Positions 7,203 to 17,780 of a DNA stretch of 64,000 nucleotides are shown here, one piece after another. A program made the position numbers and the translations under genes. Position 1 is the stretch's first letter. The number at the start of each line of letters is the position of its first letter. Under the pieces are notes generated by a model. That model did no database searches, was not told the origin of the DNA, and saw only the letters and a program-made list of their open reading frames with translations. The stretch comes from an uncultured Actinomycetes bacterium (GTDB taxonomy: Bacteria > Actinomycetota > Thermoleophilia > Solirubrobacterales > 70-9): NCBI GenBank assembly GCA_963800355.1, contig CAWDAP010000002.1, positions 2,608 through 66,607 on the forward strand. The letters are read 5' to 3'.

Positions 7203-8722
7203 CACATCCGGTAGACGGGGGCGGACCGGTCCTCCAGCGGGGCGCAGGCGCAGGCGGCCAGGGCTTCGCTGAGAACCCGGCGGGTGTCGCGGGGGTCGAT
7301 CACGCCGTCGTCCCAGAGGCGGGCGCTGGAGTAGAAGGGCTTGCCCTGCTCTTCGTATTGGTCGTGGAGGAGCTCGGCGGTCTCCGGCTGGCCCACCTCT
7401 CTCATCACCGCCGCCGCCATCTCGCCGCCCATCACCGAGATCCGGGCGTTCGGCCACATGAAGAGGAAGCGTGGCGAATAGGCGCGGCCGCACATGCCGT
7501 AGTTGCCGGCCCCGAAGGAGCCGCCGAGGATCACGGTCAGCTTCGGCACCCGGGCGGTGGAGACGGCGGCGACCATCTTCGCGCCGTCCTTGGCGATCCC
7601 GCCCTGCTCGTACTTGGAGCCGACCATGAAGCCGTTGACGTTCTGGAGGAAGACGAGTGGGATGCGGCGCTGGTCGCAGAGCTCGACGAAGTGGGCGCCC
7701 TTGAGCGCGCTCTCGGAGAAGAGGATGCCGTTGTTGGCGACGATCCCGACCGGGTGGCCGTCGAGGTGGGCGAAGGCGCAGACCAGCGTTTTGCCGTAGC
7801 GCTCCTTGAACTCGCGCAGCTCGCCGCCGTCGACGATCCGACGCATCACCTCGCGGATGTCCCAGGGCGCGCGCGAGCCGATCGGGACGACGTCGAGGAT
7901 CTCCTCCGCCTCGCCCGCCGGCGGCCGCGGCTCGAGCCGCTCCCAGGGCGGCGCCGGGCTCGGCGGCAGGGTGGCGACGATTTCGCGCAGGATCGCCAAC
8001 GCGTCGGCGTCGTCCTTGGCCAGATGGTCGGCGACGCCGGACTTGCGGGCGTGGACGTCGCCGCCGCCGAGCTCCTCCGCGCTCACCTCCTCCCCGGTCG
8101 CCGCCTTCACCAGCGGCGGGCCGCCGAGGAAGATCGTCCCCTGGTGGCGGACGATCACGGTCTCGTCGCTCATCGCCGGCACGTAGGCCCCGCCCGCGGT
8201 GCACGATCCCATCACCGCGGCGATCTGCGGGATCTCCCGCGCCGACATCGTCGCCTGGTTGAAGAAGATGCGGCCGAAGTGCTCGCGGTCGGGGAAGACC
8301 TCGTCCTGCAGGGGTAGGAAGGCGCCGCCGCTGTCGACCAGGTAGATGCATGGGAGCTGGTTCTGCAGGGCCACCTCCTGGGCGCGCAGGTGCTTCTTCA
8401 CCGTGATCGGGTAGTAGGTGCCGCCTTTGACGGTGGCGTCGTTGGCGGCGATCACGCAGCGGCGGCCGCTGACAGTGGCGACCCCGGCGACAATCCCCGC
8501 TCCCGGCGCCGCGTCGTCGTACATCCCGTGCGCGGCCAGCGGCGAGAGCTCGAGGAACGGCGTGCCGGGGTCGCAGAGTCCCGCGATCCGCTCGCGCGCG
8601 GTCAGCTTGCCGCGGCCGCGGTGGCGCTCGACCGCCTTCGGCCCGCCGCCGGCGCGGACCCGCTCCAGCTCGGACTCGAGCTCGGCGATCAGCTCCAGGT
8701 GCTTCTCGCGTCCCCCGCTCAT
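7202..8722 (-). CDS. methylcrotonoyl-CoA carboxylase beta (carboxyltransferase) subunit-like
   Basis: Acyl-CoA carboxyltransferase signatures ([20 protein letters not shown]; [24 protein letters not shown]; [17 protein letters not shown]). An HMG-CoA lyase gene lies next to it. Confidence 0.8.
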   Translation of the reverse strand: MSGGREKHLELIAELESELERVRAGGGPKAVERHRGRGKLTARERIAGLCDPGTPFLELSPLAAHGMYDDAAPGAGIVAGVATVSGRRCVIAANDATVKGGTYYPITVKKHLRAQEVALQNQLPCIYLVDSGGAFLPLQDEVFPDREHFGRIFFNQATMSAREIPQIAAVMGSCTAGGAYVPAMSDETVIVRHQGTIFLGGPPLVKAATGEEVSAEELGGGDVHARKSGVADHLAKDDADALAILREIVATLPPSPAPPWERLEPRPPAGEAEEILDVVPIGSRAPWDIREVMRRIVDGGELREFKERYGKTLVCAFAHLDGHPVGIVANNGILFSESALKGAHFVELCDQRRIPLVFLQNVNGFMVGSKYEQGGIAKDGAKMVAAVSTARVPKLTVILGGSFGAGNYGMCGRAYSPRFLFMWPNARISVMGGEMAAAVMREVGQPETAELLHDQYEEQGKPFYSSARLWDDGVIDPRDTRRVLSEALAACACAPLEDRSAPVYRM

Positions 8723-8737
8723 CGCGAGCTCCCTGCG

Positions 8738-8782
8738 CGAGTCCGTGATTTCCCGTCCTGTGTACGGGTTTTAACGGACTCG
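8738..8782. repeat. intercistronic palindromic hairpin
   Basis: CGAGTCCGT...ACGGACTCG with an inner CCCGT/ACGGG stem. The left arm resembles the 13960 hairpin (CGAGTyCGTGATTTyCC). Confidence 0.5.
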
Positions 8783-8795
8783 ATGCTCAGAGAGC

Positions 8796-9740
8796 TCATC
8801 GCGGCGGACCCGCCTTGAAGGGGTCGCGCTCGGTGTGCCACTCGACCGGGCCGGCGACGAGGGTTTGGGAGAGGAGCGGGCGGCCGAGGACCTCCTGGGC
8901 GGCGGCGGCCGCCGCCAGCAGCTTGCCGAGGTCGATCCCGGTCTCGATCCCCATCTCGTGCAGCATCGAGACCAGGTCCTCGCTGGCGACGTTGCCGGTC
9001 GCGCCGGGCGGGACCGGGCAGCCGCCGAGCTGGCCGAAGCTCGACTCGAAGGAGTCGACCCCGACCTCGAGCGCCGCCAGCACGTTGGCGAGCGCCTGGC
9101 CGCGGGTGTCGTGGAAGTGGGCGGTGCGCTCGACCTCGGGCAGCTCCTCGGCGGCGCGGCGGAAGAACTCGCCGACCTGGACCGGGTTCGCCATCCCGGT
9201 GGTGTCGCCGAAGCCGATCTCCACCGCGCCCGCGGCGGCGAGGCGCTGGGCGATCTCGAAGACCCGCTCGACCGGGACGTAGCCCTCGTAGGGGCAGCCG
9301 AAGCTGGTCGAGATAACGCCCTCGCAGCGCAGCCCCTCGTCCGTCGCCCGCGCCAGCACGCGCTCTAGGCCCTCCAGCGACTCCTCGACCGAGCGGTTGA
9401 CGTTCTTGCGGTTGTGGGTCTCCGAGGCGGAGAGGAAGATGTTGACCTCGTCGATCTTCTCGCGCACCTCCAGCGCCGCCTCCAGCCCGCGCATGTTCGG
9501 GACCAGGACCGAGACCGAGACCTCGTCGGGGACCTCGGCCCGCTCCAGCACATCGCGGCCGTCGGCCAGCTGCGGGACCACGTCGGCGCGGACGAAGCTC
9601 GTCACCTCCAGGCGGCGCAGGCCGGTGCGGGCGAGCATCTCGACCAGGCGCACCTTGTCCGCGGTCGCGATCGTCTCCGGCTCGTTCTGGAAGCCGTCGC
9701 GCGGCCCGACCTCGCGGATGCGGACGGCCCTGGGGATCAC
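8796..9740 (-). CDS. hydroxymethylglutaryl-CoA lyase
   Basis: The N-terminus VRIREVGPRDGFQNE and the TIM-barrel HMGL-like pattern (FHDTRGQALANVLAALEVGV). Confidence 0.85.
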   Translation of the reverse strand: MIPRAVRIREVGPRDGFQNEPETIATADKVRLVEMLARTGLRRLEVTSFVRADVVPQLADGRDVLERAEVPDEVSVSVLVPNMRGLEAALEVREKIDEVNIFLSASETHNRKNVNRSVEESLEGLERVLARATDEGLRCEGVISTSFGCPYEGYVPVERVFEIAQRLAAAGAVEIGFGDTTGMANPVQVGEFFRRAAEELPEVERTAHFHDTRGQALANVLAALEVGVDSFESSFGQLGGCPVPPGATGNVASEDLVSMLHEMGIETGIDLGKLLAAAAAAQEVLGRPLLSQTLVAGPVEWHTERDPFKAGPPR

Positions 9741-9761
9741 CGGGCGGATCTCCCGCCCAGA

Positions 9762-9807
9762 GGCTTGATCTGGGTTAGGCGCATGCGTGGATAACCCACA
9801 TCAAGCC
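9762..9807. repeat. intercistronic hairpin (16-bp stem, 1 mismatch)
   Basis: GGCTTGATCTGGGTTA ... TAACCCACATCAAGCC, with a GCATGC-containing loop. Confidence 0.5.
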
Positions 9808-9808
9808 C

Positions 9809-10942
9809 CTAAGCCCCGAGCGCCCGGGCGATCACCATCTGCTGGACCTCATCGGTCCCCTCGCCGATCGTCAGGATCTTGGCGTCGCGGTAGAAGCGGC
9901 AGACCGGATACTCCTCGATGTAGCCGTAGCCGCCGTGGATCTGCACCGCCTCCTCGCAGCAGCGCACGGCGAGGCGGCCGCTCTTCAGCTTCGCCTGGGC
10001 CGCGGTCAGCGAGAAGTTTTCGCCGCGGTCCTTCATCCGGGCGGCCTTGTAGACGAGCAGGCGGGTCGCCTCGATCTCGGTCGCCATGTCGGCGAGCTTC
10101 GCCTGGATCGACTGGAAGCGGGAGATCGCCTGGCCGAACGCCTGCCGCTCCCTGGCGTAGGCGAGCGCCTCGTCGAGCGCCCCCTGGGCGAGGCCGACGC
10201 CCATCGCGGCGACCCCGATGCGGCCGATGTCGAGCACCTGCAGGAACTGGCGGAAGCCCATCCCGCGCGGGCCGAGCAGGTTCTCCTCGGGGACCCGGCA
10301 GTCGGCGAAGGTGAGCGGCCGGGTGTCGGAGGCGTTCCAGCCCATCTTGCGGTACGGCTCGCCCTGCTCGTAACCAGGGGTGCCGTTGGCGACGATCAGG
10401 TTGGAGATCTCGTCCTCGCCGGTGCGGGCGGTGATGCAGACGACGCCGGAGATCTCGGTGCCGGCGTTGGTGATGAACTGCTTGGCTCCGTCGATCGTCC
10501 ATTCGCCGCCGTCGAGCCGGGCCTTGGTGCGGACGTTGCCGGCGTCGGAGCCGGCCTCGGGCTCGGTCAGGCCGAAGGCGCCGAGAATCTCGCCGCTGCA
10601 GAGCCGCGGCAGCCATTCCTGTTTCTGCGCCTCGGAGCCGAAGAGGTAGATCGGCTGCGTGCCGAGCGAGGTATGGGCGCAGAGGGTGATCGCGACCGAG
10701 GAATCGACCCGGGTCAGCTCCTCGACCGCCAGCGCGTAGGCGAGCGAGTCCCCTCCGCCGCCCCCGTATTGCTCGGGGAACGGGATCCCCATCAGGTTGA
10801 GATCGGCAAGCTTGGCGACGATCTCGTAGGGGAAGCGCTTCTCGCGGTCGAGCTCCTCGGCGACCGGCGCCACCTCGCCGGCGGCGAAGTCGCGGACGGT
10901 CTGCTGGATCAGGCGATGCTCGTCGCCAAGCTCGAAGTCCAT
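9809..10942 (-). CDS. acyl-CoA dehydrogenase (short/branched-chain type)
   Basis: Full-length ACAD pattern (GLTEPEAGSDA; QFITN; C-terminal QIHGGYGY..EYPV.R.YRDAKI..I.EGT.E). The leucine-catabolism context suggests isovaleryl-CoA dehydrogenase, but specificity is not determinable here. Confidence 0.85.
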   Translation of the reverse strand: MDFELGDEHRLIQQTVRDFAAGEVAPVAEELDREKRFPYEIVAKLADLNLMGIPFPEQYGGGGGDSLAYALAVEELTRVDSSVAITLCAHTSLGTQPIYLFGSEAQKQEWLPRLCSGEILGAFGLTEPEAGSDAGNVRTKARLDGGEWTIDGAKQFITNAGTEISGVVCITARTGEDEISNLIVANGTPGYEQGEPYRKMGWNASDTRPLTFADCRVPEENLLGPRGMGFRQFLQVLDIGRIGVAAMGVGLAQGALDEALAYARERQAFGQAISRFQSIQAKLADMATEIEATRLLVYKAARMKDRGENFSLTAAQAKLKSGRLAVRCCEEAVQIHGGYGYIEEYPVCRFYRDAKILTIGEGTDEVQQMVIARALGA

Positions 10943-11012
10943 GGCCCCGGCAGGTTACCGAATCTTGGTTCGGAATTCGAATGAGCGTTCGGTTTTCGGC
11001 TACCTTGTCCCG
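10943..11012. promoter_or_regulatory. divergent promoter region with TetR-type operator palindromes
   Basis: CCGAA-TCTTGG-TTCGG (10958-10973) is followed by GAATTC and further TTCGG repeats. The region lies between the ACAD and TetR starts. Confidence 0.45.
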
Positions 11013-11624
11013 ATGCCGCTCCCCTCCCCTCCGACCCGGCCGGCGCTCCGCGCCCGCTACGAGGCCCGCCGCAGCGAGGTGGTCGCGACGGCGGCCAAGC
11101 TCTTCGCCGAGCGCGGCTACGACGGCACCTCGATCAGCGAGCTGACCGAGGCGACCGGCCTCGCCGCCGGCGGCATCTACCACTACATCGAGGGCAAGGA
11201 CGACCTCCTGATCGCGATCTGCGACGAGCTGCTGGAGCCGCTGCTGGCGCGGGCACGCGAGATCGTCGCCGCCGAAGCGCCGCCGGTCGAGCAGCTGCGC
11301 GAGCTCGTCGCCGCCTGGGTCGCCCACGTCGTCGCCCACCGCCACCACATGCTCGTCTTCACCCAGGAGCGCCAGGCGATCGAGCGCCAGGCCCGCTGGC
11401 GCCGCGTCCGCTCCCAGCGCCGAGCCTTCGAGAAGATCCTCGACGACGTCTTCGCCCGCGGCGAGGCCGACGGCTCGATGACCTTCGCCGACCGCCGCCT
11501 CTCCCTCCTCGCCCTGCTCGGGATGGTCAACTACACCCCGCAGTGGGTGCGGCCGAACGGCCGCCTGACGCCGAGCGAGATCGCTGCCGGCTACTGCAAC
11601 CTGGTGCTTGAAGCAGACCTCTAA
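11013..11624 (+). CDS. TetR/AcrR-family transcriptional regulator
   Basis: N-terminal HTH (AAKLFAERGYDGTSISELTEATGLAAGGIYHYIEGKDDLL). I chose ATG 11013 because the longer ORF would overlap the ACAD start. Confidence 0.8.
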   Translation: MPLPSPPTRPALRARYEARRSEVVATAAKLFAERGYDGTSISELTEATGLAAGGIYHYIEGKDDLLIAICDELLEPLLARAREIVAAEAPPVEQLRELVAAWVAHVVAHRHHMLVFTQERQAIERQARWRRVRSQRRAFEKILDDVFARGEADGSMTFADRRLSLLALLGMVNYTPQWVRPNGRLTPSEIAAGYCNLVLEADL

Positions 11625-12302
11625 TTAGAAGCCCCCGGACGAGACGTGCTTCTCCCACGTGTGGGGAGGGCAAAGGGCGATGATGTCGGCGTTCTTCACA
11701 TAGGCGATACCGACGATGTCATGTTCGATCACCGGCCTATTCCGCTTTTTCGGCACGGGCAGGTAGAAGACGAGGTCGCCGTAATGGTAGTGCGGGTGAA
11801 ACGTCCCTCCGGGCGCCACCCGGCTTGCGTGCCAATGAGTAGCGAAGGTCAGGACACCCCGCTGATGAGGCAGGTAGTCAAAAGACCCTTCGGGATTGGC
11901 GGGGATCGCCCAGACCCTGCGACCTTCGTAGGTGGTGTGAATCGGGCGATCAGACATTGAGAAGTCCTGGGGTGGCGACCACCGGTCACGATCGAACGCG
12001 GTCACGACCAACCAGATCCTGTCCTGGTTGATATCCAACCAGTGCCGCGTGTCCCGGTTGTGGATTTCCATCTGGATCTTGACCTCGTACTGCTTTCGTA
12101 CGGCAGGGTCGATGCACCATTTTTTGACGTGGATCCATAGGTGGAGGTCATACGGATTGCTCCCGGAAGGGCAGTGATAGACCGAGTCGGTGGCTACTCG
12201 ATCAGAAGCTCCATTGCCGGCGAACGCGCCACTGGCGACGGCAACCGCTGCGAAGACGGCAGCGGCGAGAGTCACGATAAAGATCTTGAAATGGGTCTTC
12301 AA
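11625..12302 (-). CDS. secreted hypothetical protein (His/Trp-rich)
   Basis: Signal peptide (MKTHFKIFIVTLAAAVFAAVAVASGAFA). Codon usage is clearly lower in GC than the neighbours. No recognisable family. Confidence 0.55.
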   Translation of the reverse strand: MKTHFKIFIVTLAAAVFAAVAVASGAFAGNGASDRVATDSVYHCPSGSNPYDLHLWIHVKKWCIDPAVRKQYEVKIQMEIHNRDTRHWLDINQDRIWLVVTAFDRDRWSPPQDFSMSDRPIHTTYEGRRVWAIPANPEGSFDYLPHQRGVLTFATHWHASRVAPGGTFHPHYHYGDLVFYLPVPKKRNRPVIEHDIVGIAYVKNADIIALCPPHTWEKHVSSGGF

Positions 12303-12314
12303 GGGAGTCTTTGC

Positions 12315-13433
12315 TCAGGTACCGGGACGGTACCGGGAAACGTACCCGCTTGAGCGCTTCGATGAACTGGCGACTGCTCCGTGGCTCAGAGGCTCGAATC
12401 CAGCGGGCCACGTGGTCCGCCGGTCGAATTCGGCTCCGGCGAGGTTTGCGCCATCCAGGTCTGCCCGCCTAAGATCCGCCCCTCGGAGGTCCGCCTCGCG
12501 CAGGTTCGCCCCGCTGAGATCGGCGGATTCGAGAACCGCACCCCGGAGCTTCGCATCGAACAGTTCTGCGCCTTCGAGATGAGCCGCGAACAGTTCAGCA
12601 TGTTCGAGACGCGCTCCTTCGAAGTGCGCCTTCCGCAGGCGAGCTTCGGGCGCCTGGGCCGACCTCATGTCCGCTTCATAGAAGTAAGCGTGGGGCAGCT
12701 TCGCCCGTGCCAGATAAGCGTTGCGAAGCCGGGCGTAGGCGAATTCGGCGCCCGGCATCGTCACTTCTGCCATTTTCACCCAGTTCGCCTTGGCATGGTT
12801 GAAGCGCACATGCGCGCCTTCGGCTTCTTCGAAACGGGCTTTCCGGAGGCGTACACCTTCGAAGTTCGCTTCTTCCAGCTGGGTCTTCTGGAGTTCCGCT
12901 CCCTGCAACAAGGACCGCGGTAGTGCCGCCTTCTGCAGTTCCGCTTCGATCAGGTTCGCTTCCCGCATGTCCTTGCCCCGCAGGTACATGCGGCGCAGAT
13001 TTTCCCCTTCGAGGCCGATTCCTCGTAGATTGTGCTGCAGGGCCAAAGTGAGCTGGAGATTCTGCTGCTGCCGCTTTTCCGTTTCGCGTCGCGCTTCCTT
13101 TCGGATGTGCGCTTCTTCTCTATGGGTCTGCTCTTCGTTGGATCGATTGATCGACTGCTGGGCCTCAATCTGCGCCCAGCTAACGGCAATGGCGACAAGC
13201 ACGCCGACAAAGAGCGACTGTCCCACCTCGCGAGTCCAGTCCTCCCACCCCAGGTAATCCAGCCAGATCAGCCCCAGACCGACGACAAGCAGAAAGAAAA
13301 GGAGGCCTTGGAGAAGTGCGGCAATAGTGGCGAGATGGGCGACAAGCCGGGCAAACAGAAACGCGATGGCGAATGCCGTTGCCGCAGTGACGCCGATCTT
13401 CGCTGTCTCCCTCTCCACCAAGGCAGCGTACAT
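12315..13433 (-). CDS. membrane-anchored pentapeptide-repeat protein
   Basis: 3-4 N-terminal TM segments, a charged linker, then about 45 consecutive A(D/N)LxX-type pentapeptides (..ADLSGANLREADLRGADLRRADLDGANLAGAEF). Confidence 0.75.
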   Translation of the reverse strand: MYAALVERETAKIGVTAATAFAIAFLFARLVAHLATIAALLQGLLFFLLVVGLGLIWLDYLGWEDWTREVGQSLFVGVLVAIAVSWAQIEAQQSINRSNEEQTHREEAHIRKEARRETEKRQQQNLQLTLALQHNLRGIGLEGENLRRMYLRGKDMREANLIEAELQKAALPRSLLQGAELQKTQLEEANFEGVRLRKARFEEAEGAHVRFNHAKANWVKMAEVTMPGAEFAYARLRNAYLARAKLPHAYFYEADMRSAQAPEARLRKAHFEGARLEHAELFAAHLEGAELFDAKLRGAVLESADLSGANLREADLRGADLRRADLDGANLAGAEFDRRTTWPAGFEPLSHGAVASSSKRSSGYVSRYRPGT

Positions 13434-13567
13434 AGCTAGCCAGACTTGAATCTAGAAGGTGTGGGGCGAAGCGAGTAGGGCGACTACGACAGCGATCGCG
13501 AATACGAGGAACGCGGTCTTGAAAGGAGCGGGTGGAGCGGGGCGGATCATGCTCCGAAGTTAGTGAG

Positions 13568-13959
13568 TTATCTGCGATCCACCTGTGCAAAAGAGCACAG
13601 TCGGACATCGCTCACGTTGAGCAGGCTTTTCACCCGGGGATCGCGAAGCGTCGCCAGCTCGACCTGGCGCTCGGCGTCGTAGGAGGAGGTCGGGACGGGG
13701 CCGCCGGCGGGGTGGCAGCCGATCTCGGTCCAGCCCGGGGGCAGCGCCCGGATCAGGGCCAGCAGGTGCTCGACCGAGATCGCCTCCGGGGCCGGGGAAC
13801 CCTGCTCGTCCCGGCCGAAGAAGGAACCCTCGTAGGGGATCGCCCGGTTGCGCAGCGGCACCCCGAGCTCGGCGGCGGCGCCGCGAACACGCCCTCGTTG
13901 ACCGCCGCAGCGAGGCCGAGGTCATCGGCGTTGACGATCAGGGACCGGGTGTCGCTCAT
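13568..13959 (-). pseudogene. decayed ChbG/YdjC-family deacetylase gene (frameshift plus internal deletion)
   Basis: The N-terminal motif MSDTRSLIVNADDLGLAAAVNEGV is in one frame (from 13959). The C-terminal part (..LPPGWTEIGCHPAG...DAERQVELATLRDPRVK) is in another frame (13568-13861). The total span is only about 130 codons, where I expect the family to be roughly twice that. Confidence 0.55.
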
Positions 13960-14004
13960 CGAGTTCGTGATTTTCCTTGCTCTACAAGGAAAATCACGAA
14001 CTCG
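13960..14004. repeat. 20-bp perfect stem / 5-nt loop palindromic hairpin
   Basis: CGAGTTCGTGATTTTCCTTG-CTCTA-CAAGGAAAATCACGAACTCG, lying between the ChbG remnant and the ACAD stop. Confidence 0.7.
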
Positions 14005-14029
14005 CGGAGCAGGGTCCGACGTCCGGAGG

Positions 14030-15190
14030 CTATCCCGCCATCGCCCGGGCGATCACCACGCGCTGAATCTCGTTCGTGCCCTCGTAGATCTGGGTGATCT
14101 TGGCGTCGCGCATCATCCGCTCGACCGGGTACTCGTTGACGTAGCCGTAGCCGCCGAGGACCTGGATCGCCTCGACCGTCGCCTTCATCGCGTTGTCGGA
14201 GGCGAAGAGCTTGGCCATCGAGGTCCACTTGCCGAGGTCGGCGGGCCGCTTGGGCTTGTCGGCCATCGAGCAGGCTTTGTAGAGGAGCTCGCGGGCGGCG
14301 GCGGTGCCGGTCTCCATGTCGGCGAGCTTGAACTGGATCGCCTGCAGCTGGTTGATCGGCTTGCCGAAGGCGACCCGCTCGGCGGCGTAGGCGTTGGCGT
14401 AGTCGGTCGCGCCCTGGGCGATCCCGACTGCCTGGGCGGCGGCGCCGAGCCGGGTGCGCTCGAGCGTGCCCAGCGCGACCGAGAGGCCCTTGCCCTCCTC
14501 GCCGATCAGGTTCTCGTGCGGGACGCGGACGTCGGTGAAGCTCGGCGAGCCGGTCGGCGAGCCCTTGATCCCGAGCTTGTGCTCGAGCGCGCCGGGGTCG
14601 AAGCCGGGCGCGTCCTTCTCGACCACGAAGGCGCTGGTCCGCCGGTTCTCGCGGTCGGTGGTGGCGAAGACGACGTAGAAGTCGGCGATCGTCGCGTTGG
14701 AGATCCAGGCCTTCTGGCCGTTGATCACCCACTCGTCGCCGTCGCGGACGGCGCTGGTCCGCATCGCCGCCGGGTCCGAGCCCGCCTCCGGCTCGGAGAG
14801 CGCGAAGGCGGGCGACCACTCGCCGCTGGCGCATTTCGGCAGCCAGCGCTGTTTCTGCTCCTCGGAGCCGAAGAGCTGGATCGGCAGCGTCCCCAGCTCC
14901 TGGACCATCAGGATCAGCGCCGAGGAGGCGCAGGCCCTGGCGATCTCCTCGACCGCCATCTGCAGGACCAGCGTCCCGGTCCCGGTGCCGCCGTACTCGG
15001 CGGCGAAGGGCAGCCCGAGCACGTCGTGCGAGGCGAGCAGCTCGCGCACGTCCCACGGGTATTCGCTCTTGCGGTCGATGTCGCCGGCCCGCGGCGCGAT
15101 CTTGTCCTGCGCCAGGGCGCGAACCATGTCGCGCAGGTCAAGCGCCTCCTGGGAAATCTCGTAGGCAGGGGCAACCACATCGACGCTCAT
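14030..15190 (-). CDS. acyl-CoA dehydrogenase
   Basis: Full-length ACAD pattern (ALSEPEAGSDPAAM; C-terminal QVLGGYGYVNEYPVERMMRDAKITQIYEGTNEIQ). Confidence 0.85.
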   Translation of the reverse strand: MSVDVVAPAYEISQEALDLRDMVRALAQDKIAPRAGDIDRKSEYPWDVRELLASHDVLGLPFAAEYGGTGTGTLVLQMAVEEIARACASSALILMVQELGTLPIQLFGSEEQKQRWLPKCASGEWSPAFALSEPEAGSDPAAMRTSAVRDGDEWVINGQKAWISNATIADFYVVFATTDRENRRTSAFVVEKDAPGFDPGALEHKLGIKGSPTGSPSFTDVRVPHENLIGEEGKGLSVALGTLERTRLGAAAQAVGIAQGATDYANAYAAERVAFGKPINQLQAIQFKLADMETGTAAARELLYKACSMADKPKRPADLGKWTSMAKLFASDNAMKATVEAIQVLGGYGYVNEYPVERMMRDAKITQIYEGTNEIQRVVIARAMAG

Positions 15191-15256
15191 GAATTCCTTT
15201 CGTAGCTCGGCGGGTGAAAACGCTTTTCTTCTCGCATAGCGGAGAGAAAGGCGTTC

Positions 15257-16873
<1,617 letters not shown>

Positions 16874-16929
16874 CGGCCAATGATTCTGACAGGGACCCGC
16901 CGACGGAACGTCGGTGGGATGTTTGCGTC

Positions 16930-17748
16930 TCAGCCGCTGGCGACCGCGCGCAGGTCCGGCGCCCAGGCGTCCTCGAGGAAGGCGCTCAGCTCCCCGTTCA
17001 GCCGCTCGGGGTCGAGCCGCCACTCCAGGATCGAGTTCGCTTCGACCAGGCGCGCGTTCGGCAGCTCCTCGAGCAGCATCCCCGAGTCGCTGAAGGGGTG
17101 GAGCGGGTCGCGCGGGTGGCCGACGACCAAGGTCTCGTGCTCGATCTTCACCCGGTCCTCTCGGTGCGGCGCCGTCTCCCCCAGCAGCAGCCCCTCGAGC
17201 ACCGCCTGCGAGGGGCCCGGCCGCTGGCGGACGAAGTCGAGCGCGAGGTCGGCGAGGAAGGCGGTGCGCGGGACCGCCCGGGTCAGCAGCGAGAGCCCCT
17301 CGAAGGCGGGGCGGCCGAATTTGAGCCCGAGCAGGACCGGGGCGAAGAAGCCGGCGACGGCGGAGAGGGCGTTATCGAGGACCGGCATCTCGATGAACAG
17401 CGCGCGGGCCCGTTCCGGGTAGCGCACCGCCAGCTCCAGGGCGATGTTGGCGCCGAGGGAGGTGCCGCCGATCACCGCCTGCTCCTCCCCCAGGTGGTCG
17501 AGCAGCGCCACCACCTGGCGCGCGAAGAGCGGCATCGAGTAGAGCCGCAGGTCCTCGGGACGGTCCGAGCGGCCGTGGCCGAGCATGTCGACCGTCACCA
17601 CCCGGTTGCCGCGGCTCGCCAGCTCGGGGCCGAGCCGGTCGAACATGTGGCGGTTCATCAGCAGCCCGTGGACGAGCACGAGCAGCCGCGGCCCCTCTCC
17701 GTAGACGTCGTAGGAGATCCGGTGGCCCTCGTAGCCGAACTCGCCCAT
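16930..17748 (-). CDS. alpha/beta-fold hydrolase
   Basis: HG oxyanion motif ([10 protein letters not shown]), nucleophile elbow GGTSLG, and a C-terminal His region. Confidence 0.75.
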   Translation of the reverse strand: MGEFGYEGHRISYDVYGEGPRLLVLVHGLLMNRHMFDRLGPELASRGNRVVTVDMLGHGRSDRPEDLRLYSMPLFARQVVALLDHLGEEQAVIGGTSLGANIALELAVRYPERARALFIEMPVLDNALSAVAGFFAPVLLGLKFGRPAFEGLSLLTRAVPRTAFLADLALDFVRQRPGPSQAVLEGLLLGETAPHREDRVKIEHETLVVGHPRDPLHPFSDSGMLLEELPNARLVEANSILEWRLDPERLNGELSAFLEDAWAPDLRAVASG

Positions 17749-17780
17749 GGCTGGATCCTACGCGCGGGCGCGGGCGGGCC

